Shown: positions 23,250 through 32,000 of the stretch, in pieces
Numbering within the stretch: the first letter of the stretch is position 1
Layout: each line of letters begins with the position of its first letter
Source: Cylindrospermopsis raciborskii Cr2010
Lineage (GTDB): Bacteria > Cyanobacteriota > Cyanobacteriia > Cyanobacteriales > Nostocaceae
Direction of reading: 5' to 3'
Assembly: GCF_003367075.2 (NCBI RefSeq)
Contig: NZ_CP065936.1
Span: 540,001 to 572,000, forward strand
DNA length: 32,000 nucleotides
The notes under the pieces: model-generated
Databases searched by the model: none
What the model was told of the DNA's origin: nothing
What the model saw: only the letters and a program-made list of their open reading frames with translations
Position numbers and translations under genes: made by a program

Positions 23250-25868
23250 ATGAACATCACACGTATCAAAAACCTACTGCAAAATCTATTTCAAGAAGAT
23301 TCCCGTTGGCCTCACCACCAAAGACGAGTTGTATTTTGGTATGACCCAGATGGGCAATTTGTCAGTATTTTTGAGGAGTTAGAAATAAATGATGTCAAAA
23401 AAATTCAACTGGGTGACACCCCATTCACTCTTAAATATCGTCTCTTTATTGAAGAACCTGAGCAAAATTTCTTACTTTATGCCCCCTTTCCTCCACCGGA
23501 ACCCCAAGACAACTGGCTCTTAGATATCGAAAAAAGCAGTTTAACCTTCTCCGCTGACCCAGCAGCTCTAATTTATGCTGACCTGGGTCTACGCGATCGC
23601 TCTTTAGAAGAGACTATTCGCCAATATCTCAAAAAATTCTTTAATTGTAAAAAGCGGATAGGTCATTTACAATCCATGGCTATTTCTCCCGACACGGAAG
23701 AAAAAGGACTACTACTGGCCATGCTTTCGGTTTTAGTCAATTTAAAAGTTCCTGATGGTAATCTTTTAATTCGTGAAGTATTACTAAAAGGATTATTAGA
23801 GTCTGATAACCCTATCTGGCAAGATATTGTGCGATTTGTTTCCGCTCAAGCTTTTTGGGATGTGGTAGAAGAATACACTGGTTTCTCATCTAATACTCCT
23901 AGCCTAAATAAGCTATTCACCCATCTGCTCATTACCCATTTTAGTATATCCTTAAATACCCCATCTTCACGAACCCTAATTAAAGAATCACCATTAACTG
24001 AAAAAATAGCAGATAAAATTATCAAACCAGGACAACGAGCCTACTCATTCATAGACCAGTGGATGCGCGATGATAAACATCGCGAAGGTTGGCAAAAACT
24101 CAGTGAAGAAATTAGCGAACAATTACAAATATTTGACCTCATCGAAAATGAACCACCAGAGATTCTATACAGATCTGCTAGTTTTGAAGTGATAGACCAA
24201 GTGTTAATTCGTAGTTGTGTAAAAACCCTCCGCACTGCTTTTGCACAAATCTCCCTTCCAGAAACTGTACCCCTAGAAGTAAAATCCTGGAAACAATGGT
24301 TAAAACCTCGTTCCGAGTTGATTTGGTACTCTAAATACAAATATGTCTATCAAGCTCTAGAATCAGCGATCGCACTTTGGGAAATACAACAACAATATCC
24401 AAAAGGATTTGAGTCAACTCCCAAACCCCTATTTCAAGAATATACGGAAAACCTATACAAATTCGACCAAGAATATCGCCACTTCATTTTAGCCAGTACC
24501 CAATCTTTAGGGGATATTATTAAAGAACTAATGGAAGATATAGACAACTTTTATACCCAATGGTTTTTAGAAAATCTCGGTTCCTCCTGGTCTAATGTTC
24601 TCAGCAAGAATAGCAATTGGGAACTAACGGATATTCCCCCCCAACAGCGATTCTTTCGTAGATATGTGTTACCCATTCTGCAACGAAATAACAAAGAAAG
24701 AGTATTTGTCATTATTTCTGATGCTTTTCGCTATGAGGTAGCCAAAGAACTGGTAGAAATAATCCAACAAAACTTACGAGGAGAAATCCAAATAGAACCA
24801 GTTCTCGGTGTTTTACCCAGTATTACCCGTCTGGGAATGGCAGCTCTCCTACCCGGATCTAAGTTGGAATTAATACCAAATAGTGAGGATGTGTTAGTAG
24901 ATAGCATGAGTACGAAAAGCAGTAAGACTAGGGAAAACGTACTAAATCAAAACAGCTCTGTACAAGCAAAAGTGATAGAAGCTAAAGAGCTATTAACAAA
25001 GAATACGGAAAACGCCAAAAAAATAGTACAACCCAACAGACTAATTTATATATATCACAATGTAATTGATGCCATTGGTGACCAAGCATCTAGTGAATCT
25101 CATGTTTTTTCGGCTTGTCAAACAGCTATTGAAGACCTGTTAAGACTAGTCAAAAAAATTTGTAATTCCCTGAATGGAAAAAATGTTATTATTACAGCAG
25201 ACCATGGATTCTTATATCAAAGACCTGGGCTTGAACCAAGAGATAAACTGGTCATGCCATCGGATCAATGTATCTTAGAGAAAACACGTCGTTATCTACT
25301 AACAAGTAAACAACTGAATGATAACACCCTACAGAATTTTAAACTCCCTTATGTTCAAGAGGAAGTATTTGCAGCGGTTCCCCGAGGGACATTAAGATTT
25401 GCAGTGCAAGGAGGAGGATCAAGATTTGTCCATGGAGGAGCATCCCTACAGGAAATTTGCGTCCCCGTAATCTATTATCAGCAAAAACCAGCCAAAGGTG
25501 ACGAAGGACTACCGCGCAAAGTGGAAGTAGAAACAATTGGCACTAATAAAAGAGTTAGCAATAACCGATTTACGGTCAGAATACTACAAACTGAGCCAGT
25601 ACAAGGAAGATGGCGTCCTCGTAAGATTACAGTTGCCATGTATGACATTCAAGGTAATATTCAAATTACAGATGAGTGCACCACCAACCTAGATAGAACC
25701 AGTCAGCATATCAAAGAGCGAGAAATGGAGATAAGATTAATGATAACCACAAGTGTTCCACCCACGGAAGGTTACCTAATTATCAAAGACCAAGAAGACC
25801 AAACTGAACTGGTCAAAGAAAAATGGAGAATCAGTCTCGGAATTGCCAATGATTTTGGCGACTTTTAA
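23250..25868 (+). CDS. pglZ: BREX-1 alkaline-phosphatase-superfamily protein PglZ
   Basis: VFVIISDAFRYEVAKELVEII, LGVLPSITRLGMAALLPG, VIITADHGFLYQR; ~872 aa, immediately downstream of pglX. Confidence 0.95.
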   Translation: MNITRIKNLLQNLFQEDSRWPHHQRRVVFWYDPDGQFVSIFEELEINDVKKIQLGDTPFTLKYRLFIEEPEQNFLLYAPFPPPEPQDNWLLDIEKSSLTFSADPAALIYADLGLRDRSLEETIRQYLKKFFNCKKRIGHLQSMAISPDTEEKGLLLAMLSVLVNLKVPDGNLLIREVLLKGLLESDNPIWQDIVRFVSAQAFWDVVEEYTGFSSNTPSLNKLFTHLLITHFSISLNTPSSRTLIKESPLTEKIADKIIKPGQRAYSFIDQWMRDDKHREGWQKLSEEISEQLQIFDLIENEPPEILYRSASFEVIDQVLIRSCVKTLRTAFAQISLPETVPLEVKSWKQWLKPRSELIWYSKYKYVYQALESAIALWEIQQQYPKGFESTPKPLFQEYTENLYKFDQEYRHFILASTQSLGDIIKELMEDIDNFYTQWFLENLGSSWSNVLSKNSNWELTDIPPQQRFFRRYVLPILQRNNKERVFVIISDAFRYEVAKELVEIIQQNLRGEIQIEPVLGVLPSITRLGMAALLPGSKLELIPNSEDVLVDSMSTKSSKTRENVLNQNSSVQAKVIEAKELLTKNTENAKKIVQPNRLIYIYHNVIDAIGDQASSESHVFSACQTAIEDLLRLVKKICNSLNGKNVIITADHGFLYQRPGLEPRDKLVMPSDQCILEKTRRYLLTSKQLNDNTLQNFKLPYVQEEVFAAVPRGTLRFAVQGGGSRFVHGGASLQEICVPVIYYQQKPAKGDEGLPRKVEVETIGTNKRVSNNRFTVRILQTEPVQGRWRPRKITVAMYDIQGNIQITDECTTNLDRTSQHIKEREMEIRLMITTSVPPTEGYLIIKDQEDQTELVKEKWRISLGIANDFGDF

Positions 25869-25907
25869 TTTTGCCGACTTTTCATAAACCTCACCCAGCT
25901 CCCCCCC

Positions 25908-27926
25908 ATGCACGACCTCAATCACAAACTTAACACCCATTATCCTGGAAAAGTTGTACGCAAGGACTTAACCAAGCGTATTAAGGAAGGTGCTAATGTA
26001 CCTGTTTATGTGTTGGAATATCTATTGGGTATGTACTGTGCTACCGATGATGAAACTACTATTGAGGAAGGGGTAGAGCGAGTAAAAAAGATTCTTGCCC
26101 AAAATTATGTACGTCCAGATGAAGCAGAACTAGTAAAGTCTAAAATTAGAGAGTTAGGGCGTTTTACAGTTATAGATCAAGTTAGCGTCACATTAAATGA
26201 AAAGAATGATATTTACCAGGGGACATTAACCAATCTAGGGATAAAAAATCTAGTCATAGATCCGGAGATTGTCAAAACCAACTCTAAATTATTGGGTAGT
26301 GGAATTTGGTGCATTTTGCAACTAGAGTATGAAGCAGGAGCAAAACCAAGTCCTTTTATTGTGAGTAGTTTAAAACCAGTACAAATGCCCACAATAGACA
26401 TGGAAGAACTATTTGGTACTCGTTTAGCTTTTACCCGTAGTGAATGGATTGATATTCTAATTAGATCCACAGGAATTGAGCCAACTACCCTCAAAGAAGA
26501 AGTAAAATGGCACTTACTAGCTAGATTGATACCTTTGTGCGAGAACAACTATAATAGTTGTGAACTCGGACCTCGCTCCACGGGTAAGTCTCATGTGTAT
26601 AAAGAGGTTTCTCCCAATTCTATCTTGATTTCGGGAGGTAAAACCACAGTAGCCAATTTGTTTTACAATATGTCCACCCGTCGAATTGGACTAGTGGGTT
26701 TATTCGACGTAGTAGCTTTTGATGAAGTTGCGGGAATCAGCTTTCATGATAACGATGGTGTGCAGATTATGAAAGATTATATGGCATCGGGCTCTTTCGC
26801 ACGAGGAAAAGCGGAAATTAGTGCCAATGCTTCTATGGTATTTGTGGGTAACATTGATCATAGCGTAGAATCTCTAGTTAAAACATCTCATCTGCTGGCA
26901 CCTTTTCCTCAAGCAATGATAGACACGGCATTTTTTGACCGATTTCACGCCTATATACCAGGGTGGGAAGTGCCTAAATTTAGTCCGGAGAACTTTACCA
27001 ATCAATATGGTTTTATAGTAGATTATTTAGCTGAATGGCTGCGGGAAATGCGTAAACGTAGTTTTGCTGATGTCTTAGATAAATACTTTCGTCTTGGTAA
27101 TAATCTAAAACAAAGAGACGTGCAAGCAGTGCGCAAAACAGTTTCAGGCATGCTAAAACTAATTTTTCCCGATGGCTCATTTAGTAAGGAAGATGTACGG
27201 GATGCTTTAATATATGCCCTAAAAGTAAGGAGGCGAATCAAAGAGCAGCTGAAAAAAATTGGTGGCATGGAATTTTATGATGTGCATTTTAGCTACATTG
27301 ATTTGGAAACAATGGAAGAGCAGTTTGTTTCGGTTCCAGAACAGGGAGCAGCAACCCTAATTAGTCCAGATATTTTAAATCCCGGTCACCTTCACTTCAT
27401 CAGTCCCACAGACAACAATGTAATTGGCGCTTTCAAACTGGAATTACAAACAGTCATAGGTAGCGGTAAATTAACCCGCACAGGAATGGCCAACACATCC
27501 AAAATCAAAGATAGTTTAAACATAGCCATGAACTATTTTAAAGCCAACTCCCAACGAGTGAGCAGCGGTATTATTCCCACTAACTGGGACTTTTTGTTAC
27601 AAATAATAGACCTGCAAGGTAGTGGAATTCCCCAAGAAAGTGGACTAGCTCTACTCATCTCATTATGCTCCGCCACTCTTAAACGCAGTCTTCAAGCCCA
27701 ACTAGTCATTTTGGGAGAAATGACCCTAGGTGGTACTATTACACCAGTCACTAACCTAGCTACTAGTTTACAAGTAGCATTTGATGCTGGTGCTAAACGA
27801 ATTCTTTTACCCATGAGCAGCGCAGTAGATATTGCCAGTGTTCCTCCTGAATTGTTTGCCAAATTCCAAACTTCGTTTTACACTGACCCTGTTGATGCTG
27901 TATTTAAAGCCTTGTCCGTAGATTAG
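25908..27926 (+). CDS. brxL: BREX AAA+ Lon-like protein BrxL
   Basis: HYPGKVVRKDLTKRIKEGANVPVYVLEYLLGMYCATDDE; Walker A ELGPRSTGKSHVYKE; C-terminal Lon S16-like GLALLISLCSATLKRSLQAQLVILGEMTLGGTITPVTNLATSLQVAFDAGAKRILLP. Confidence 0.94.
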   Translation: MHDLNHKLNTHYPGKVVRKDLTKRIKEGANVPVYVLEYLLGMYCATDDETTIEEGVERVKKILAQNYVRPDEAELVKSKIRELGRFTVIDQVSVTLNEKNDIYQGTLTNLGIKNLVIDPEIVKTNSKLLGSGIWCILQLEYEAGAKPSPFIVSSLKPVQMPTIDMEELFGTRLAFTRSEWIDILIRSTGIEPTTLKEEVKWHLLARLIPLCENNYNSCELGPRSTGKSHVYKEVSPNSILISGGKTTVANLFYNMSTRRIGLVGLFDVVAFDEVAGISFHDNDGVQIMKDYMASGSFARGKAEISANASMVFVGNIDHSVESLVKTSHLLAPFPQAMIDTAFFDRFHAYIPGWEVPKFSPENFTNQYGFIVDYLAEWLREMRKRSFADVLDKYFRLGNNLKQRDVQAVRKTVSGMLKLIFPDGSFSKEDVRDALIYALKVRRRIKEQLKKIGGMEFYDVHFSYIDLETMEEQFVSVPEQGAATLISPDILNPGHLHFISPTDNNVIGAFKLELQTVIGSGKLTRTGMANTSKIKDSLNIAMNYFKANSQRVSSGIIPTNWDFLLQIIDLQGSGIPQESGLALLISLCSATLKRSLQAQLVILGEMTLGGTITPVTNLATSLQVAFDAGAKRILLPMSSAVDIASVPPELFAKFQTSFYTDPVDAVFKALSVD

Positions 27927-27927
27927 G

Positions 27928-29091
27928 TCAGCTGGCTGGTTTTCGATAAATCTTCAAGGAAAACATGCCATTTTCAAAGGCAAACTCCGGGTCTATACCC
28001 GTGCTTTCTCTAGCACTTTCAATAATCTTGAGTGTGCCCCCACCCCAGTTCTCAAACAAACCCATCATATAAAACACTCTGGCGATTAATTTATTACCAG
28101 GTCTGGATGGATGGTGCCGCTTGAGAGCGTCAATAGTAATAGTAGGCGTAAACAGTTGAGCAGGGTTGTAGAAAAGAATAAACGAGGGTCTGACTTCGAT
28201 GGTGGATTTAACATCCATACGGTAATCTCGGTGGGCGATCAGATTGACCAACGCCTCCCGCAGCATCAACCTGGGGAATTCAAGAATTTCAACACCTTGT
28301 TGTTCGCCCTTCCCATAGGATTTCCTTATGCTACCCAAAAGGAAATCCATGGACTTGCCAAAGGTATCGAGTAAATTACCTGTGTACTCATGATTATTTG
28401 TCATCTCATCATAACCCGTATCTGTAGGAAAACTTGCAACCTTGACCTCATAATGGGTCAAAAAGAAGCGGGCGGGGTTTTTTCCAAAAAGAAGCACTGC
28501 TGCATTGCTAACTATGCCATTCTTGACTAGATCCAGCTTTTCCATAACCTGATCAACTGGTAGGTAGAGATTCTGATTGAAGTCACGCACAACATTGGCT
28601 GTTTCCATGAACCTTTGCACGCTTGTTTCATCTATATCTGCTAAAGTGGCACCAGGACAAGGCTGGAAATCAAAGCCATAACCGTTGGTTCTTTGCTGAA
28701 GCAGGATTCGGTACTGCTCCTGATCCAACTGCTGGGTGGTGGGGCCAATCCGGATATAGGGTCTACCATAGGCAACATGGGGTTTTAATGGGCTCTGCTC
28801 AATGCATACCCGAATACAAGATTTGCCTTCAATCTCCACTTTTTCCACTTGGGGATACAATTTGGGATCTGTGTTGAGCTTAATGGTATTAGCAATGTTT
28901 TTTAATGTGTCATTACTTACCATCTGTCCAACCACGGTTCCGTCATCGGATATACCAAAGTACAGTACGCCGCCTTTGTGATTAGCAAAAGCACATAGAG
29001 TCTGGGTGGCTTCTTTTAGTAGAGAGGTGGAGCGTTTAAATTCCAGTTCTTCCGATTCTCCAGATATGATTTCTTCTCTATAGTCAGTCAT
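27928..29091 (-). CDS. AlbA_2/Schlafen-type ATP-binding, RecG-like transcriptional regulator/effector
   Basis: ESEELEFKRS...ALCAFANHKGGVLYFGISDDGTVVG-type N-terminus; EILEFPRLMLREALVNLIAHRDYR motif; C-terminal region typical of this family. Confidence 0.85.
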   Translation of the reverse strand: MTDYREEIISGESEELEFKRSTSLLKEATQTLCAFANHKGGVLYFGISDDGTVVGQMVSNDTLKNIANTIKLNTDPKLYPQVEKVEIEGKSCIRVCIEQSPLKPHVAYGRPYIRIGPTTQQLDQEQYRILLQQRTNGYGFDFQPCPGATLADIDETSVQRFMETANVVRDFNQNLYLPVDQVMEKLDLVKNGIVSNAAVLLFGKNPARFFLTHYEVKVASFPTDTGYDEMTNNHEYTGNLLDTFGKSMDFLLGSIRKSYGKGEQQGVEILEFPRLMLREALVNLIAHRDYRMDVKSTIEVRPSFILFYNPAQLFTPTITIDALKRHHPSRPGNKLIARVFYMMGLFENWGGGTLKIIESARESTGIDPEFAFENGMFSLKIYRKPAS

Positions 29092-29146
29092 TTAGTAAAG
29101 TCCCTCAGTATTAATCATCTCCCGTAGGGAGTGCTTCGCAATCGCC

Positions 29147-30565
29147 CTAAAATTCCTGTGACTTTCGCAACCAATCCCTCCCCACTTGAATAGTAATGTC
29201 AGAACCAATATCACCAGTGCTTTCTACCCGTACCTCACCAAAACCCAAAACCTGACGAACAGACTCCGCACTGTTACTATCACCCTGTTGGGCCACAATA
29301 TGGGTTGTTTCCAGCGGTTCCCCCGCACCACGAGAAACGCGACTAACATTCACATATCCAGCTTGTTGTAAAGTATTAATTAGACCCCTAACCGATTGTC
29401 CTTCTCCCGTGCTATCTTGAATAGCAATGCGTAATCTGGAAGGGTCAATGGTTTCCTGGGTATCCATCCATGATGCTCCCAAACCAAAGTTTTTCACCGC
29501 TAGTTTTTGAATGGCCTCTTGATCCGGTATCCAGTAACTTGCACCATATTTACCGTTTTCGCTGAATCCACCAGGAAGCATTAACATTTCTATATTAGAC
29601 CTATTTGTTCCTGTGCCAAAACCCAGCAGGGCAATTAGCTCTTCAATAGATAGATTAGTGTCAATATGCTCCTTAATAGTTTCTAAAATCTGCGGAAATC
29701 TGGTCAGGGTTGCACCATTCACACTTTGTTCAAAAAGCGCCCTCAGTACCATTTGTTGTCGTTGAATTCTGCCAATGTCACCTAAAGCGTCATGGCGAAA
29801 TCGCAATAATTGTAGTGCTTGGTCACCACTAAGATGTTGCTTACCTGCTTTTAAATTAATATATAAATGTTGGGAGTCATCCTGATATTTCATATCTTTG
29901 GGAACATAAACTGTTATCCCACCCAAAGCATCAATTAGTTTACCTACTCCTAAAACATTAATTCGGATATAACGATCAATAGCTACTCCACCTAAAAGAT
30001 TACTAACGGTTTTAGCTGTTAATGCAGGTCCACCGTTCACATTAGCCGAGTTAATCTTCTTTGTGCCAACCCCTTCAATTTCGGCGCGGGTATCCCTTGG
30101 AATAGAAAGCATGACAATTTTTTTGGTCTGGGGGTCAAATTTGAGCAGGAGCATCACATCTGAAAGACCGTCAAAAGAGTTAAGTTGGGGTAAATAACCC
30201 AAATTCTTGGTGTGGTCAGGTGGGTTTTGTATGTCGGGGGGTAGTACGCTCATACCCATGACCAAAATATTCACAGGGCGAGTTAACTGAGAAAATTGCC
30301 AACCATTACCAGAAATGGGATTTCTGGCAAAAACCGAAGCCTGCTCTGGGGTGAGGTTGGCTTGCTGTAAGGGGGTGCTATCAGAAACAGCTAATAGGGC
30401 TCCAGCTAACCCCGATAGCACTGCAATTCCCCCCATTCCTATCACAAATAATAACCAGCGCCCGGATTTTGACCTCCTGGGTTTTTTATTTCTGGATTTA
30501 CTTCTGACTGGTTTGTTACCCGCTGCTGATGTTCTTTGACTACTCACAGATTTCCTCACACTCAT
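29147..30565 (-). CDS. LCP (LytR-CpsA-Psr) family protein with N-terminal TM segment and C-terminal LytR-like domain
   Basis: RPVNILVMGMSV...DGLSDVMLLLKFDPQTKKIVMLSIPRDTRAEIEG...GGIDRYIRINVLGVGKLIDALGGITVYVP-like motifs; QALQLLRFRHDALGDIGRIQRQQ. Confidence 0.92.
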   Translation of the reverse strand: MSVRKSVSSQRTSAAGNKPVRSKSRNKKPRRSKSGRWLLFVIGMGGIAVLSGLAGALLAVSDSTPLQQANLTPEQASVFARNPISGNGWQFSQLTRPVNILVMGMSVLPPDIQNPPDHTKNLGYLPQLNSFDGLSDVMLLLKFDPQTKKIVMLSIPRDTRAEIEGVGTKKINSANVNGGPALTAKTVSNLLGGVAIDRYIRINVLGVGKLIDALGGITVYVPKDMKYQDDSQHLYINLKAGKQHLSGDQALQLLRFRHDALGDIGRIQRQQMVLRALFEQSVNGATLTRFPQILETIKEHIDTNLSIEELIALLGFGTGTNRSNIEMLMLPGGFSENGKYGASYWIPDQEAIQKLAVKNFGLGASWMDTQETIDPSRLRIAIQDSTGEGQSVRGLINTLQQAGYVNVSRVSRGAGEPLETTHIVAQQGDSNSAESVRQVLGFGEVRVESTGDIGSDITIQVGRDWLRKSQEF

Positions 30566-30627
30566 GGATAAAACAATGTACCTTTTTTCTTTATGTTATT
30601 AAATATATTAACTTCTACTTGATATGA

Positions 30628-30650
30628 CCCCCGGTCTAAAGACACGGGGA
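30628..30650 (-). mobile_element. Possible remnant of an IS200/IS605-type end hairpin
   Basis: On the minus strand TCCCCGTGTCTTTAGACCGGGG: CCCC/GGGG outer and GTC/GAC inner stem around TTTA; resembles the 3'-end hairpins that follow tnpB in cyanobacterial IS605-group elements. No transposase ORF nearby. Confidence 0.3.
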
Positions 30651-30820
30651 CTTACCACAAACCCAAAACAGGCCGTCTTGATTACTAAAAAGAACTTTCA
30701 TGCCATTCTCCGGATTTATGAGCAATCCGGAAAGGTTGATGGTGGCCCCACAGTAATCAATGCAATTTGATTATATTGACGAGAGTATAACCTATTAAGT
30801 TTCTTAATAAATCCAATCTT

Positions 30821-30912
30821 TAGATGGACGTAGGTTGGGTTGAAGTATGAAACCCAACGCCACGGGTCTCCTTACTCGACCCATCCTACAAATAATTGTG
30901 CCTCCCTACTTA
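30821..30912 (+). repeat. Dispersed MITE/REP-like element, copy 8
   Basis: agatggacgtaggttgggttgaagtatgaaacccaacgccacgggtctccttactcgacccatcctacaaataattgtgcctccc. Confidence 0.85.
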
Positions 30913-31060
30913 CTTTAGGTAAATTCTTAGTTTCTTAGTTAGATATAGCTTTATTTAGGCTATACAAGGGGTTAATAGGTAAAAGCGAGGGGTTGGCAGT
31001 TGAACCACCTGGAATTGTCAAGGATACGGCAAATCGACTATGATAGTTACTTACCACCAT

Positions 31061-31179
31061 AAGTGGGTGAGTGGAATTAAATATAAGATGAACGTAGGAC
31101 GGGTTGAAGTATGAAACCCAACGCCCGCATGGGTTTCGTTCCTCAACCCATCCTAGAAATAATTTTGCCTCCCCACTTA
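31061..31179 (+). repeat. Dispersed MITE/REP-like element, copy 9, with the best-preserved terminal inverted repeats
   Basis: ataagtgggtgagtggaatt...gaagtatgaaacccaacgcccgcatgggtttcgttcctcaacccatcctagaaataattttgcctccccacttat; ends ATAAGTGGG / CCCACTTAT. Confidence 0.85.
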
Positions 31180-31267
31180 TTTTTGAATAATGGTTTTTAA
31201 GTCATAGGTTTTTCCTAATCTGTAACTTGTCTCCGGTCATCTTCATTTTTACCCCAATCAACCCAAA

Positions 31268-32000
31268 ATGCACACGAGAAAGCTACTAGAATGGTGGCAA
31301 AGATTTACACCATTGTCCCGTATCGGGGCGATCGCTCTATTTGCTCCCCTATTGGTGATCAATGGTTGGGCTTTGTCCTCAATTTTCAATTATTTCCATT
31401 CATTGATAGTAATTTTGGTAGGAGCTTCAGTCCTGGCATTTTTGCTTAACTATCCACTTATCTGGATGGAAAAACAGGGTGCTAAAAGGGAACAAGTGGC
31501 CATACTAGTATTTTTGATAGCCTTATCAATTCTCCTAGCATTGGGTGTGACCCTATTTCCCTTAGCTTTGACCCAGGCTAGACAATTAGTAAACCGCTTA
31601 CCAGAATGGATAGATTCCGGGCGATCGCAATTAATGATCTTAAATGAGAAAGCGGAGATGATGGGTTTACCAATCAATCTTGATGCCATTGTGGTGCAAA
31701 TTAATGATCGTGTCAAGAGTCAACTACAGGCAATTACCGCTCAGGTTTTAAACTTAGCTGTGGTGACTGTGACCAGTCTATTAGACTTTCTGCTAACTAT
31801 GGTTTTAACCTTTTATCTGTTGCAACATGGGGGTGAACTTTGGCAAAGCTTAGTAGAATGGTTACCGAGTAAATTTCGGGAACCATTTTCTCGAACAGTC
31901 CGATTGAGCTTCCAGAACTTTTTCATCACCCAACTGATTTTATCCACATGTATGGCCTCAGCCCTAATTCCCTCATTTTTGTGGTTAAAAGTTCCCTATG
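31268..32000 (+). CDS. AI-2E family (PerM-like) transporter, 5' part, runs off the window
   Basis: Translated by eye: MHTRKLLEWWQRFTPLSRIGAIALFAPLLVINGWALSSIFNYFHSLIVILVGASVLAFLLNYPLIWMEKQ...NEKAEMMGLPINLDAIVVQINDRVKSQLQAIT...LDFLLTMVLTFYLLQHGGELWQSLVEWLPSKF; absent from the ORF track because it is open at the window end. Confidence 0.85.
   Translation, partial: MHTRKLLEWWQRFTPLSRIGAIALFAPLLVINGWALSSIFNYFHSLIVILVGASVLAFLLNYPLIWMEKQGAKREQVAILVFLIALSILLALGVTLFPLALTQARQLVNRLPEWIDSGRSQLMILNEKAEMMGLPINLDAIVVQINDRVKSQLQAITAQVLNLAVVTVTSLLDFLLTMVLTFYLLQHGGELWQSLVEWLPSKFREPFSRTVRLSFQNFFITQLILSTCMASALIPSFLWLKVPY

Noticed and set aside
25853-25882. ttttggcgactttt / ttttgccgactttt direct repeat at the pglZ stop
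   Set aside because: A short local duplication with no evident function; not enough to support a regulatory site.
4330-31630. GCGATCGC octamer palindromes scattered through the window
   Set aside because: These are HIP1 sites, a well-known abundant feature of cyanobacterial genomes.

Overview
AT-rich cyanobacterial-type DNA (HIP1 GCGATCGC octamers, many dispersed ~110 bp palindromic repeats). The main system is a type-1-like BREX phage-defence locus, brxB-brxC-[RNase T2]-[dispersed repeat]-pglX-pglZ-brxL (14389..27926). It abuts a convergent AlbA/Schlafen-type ATP-binding gene and has a queE-like radical SAM gene upstream on the opposite strand. No brxA (DUF1819) is visible. The most unusual points are: (1) a predicted secreted RNase T2 gene embedded in the BREX gene string between brxC and pglX; (2) a BrxL Lon-like domain in which the position aligning to the Lon catalytic Lys appears to be Ala; (3) a head-to-tail amplification (0-4.2 kb) of a decayed Rpn/PD-(D/E)XK-type gene whose nuclease core is missing at the site of a MITE-like repeat, with unit lengths differing by exact multiples of 12 bp; (4) an NRPS with a chimeric, half-deleted adenylation domain fused to half a condensation domain, next to an MFS exporter and a fatty-acid-hydroxylase-like gene; (5) a dispersed double-hairpin element with ATAAGTGGG-like ends, one copy of which has its outer hairpin loop inverted. 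The right end carries an LCP-family protein gene and the start of an AI-2E-family (PerM-like) transporter gene. All family assignments come from reading motifs in the translated sequence; no database search was run.
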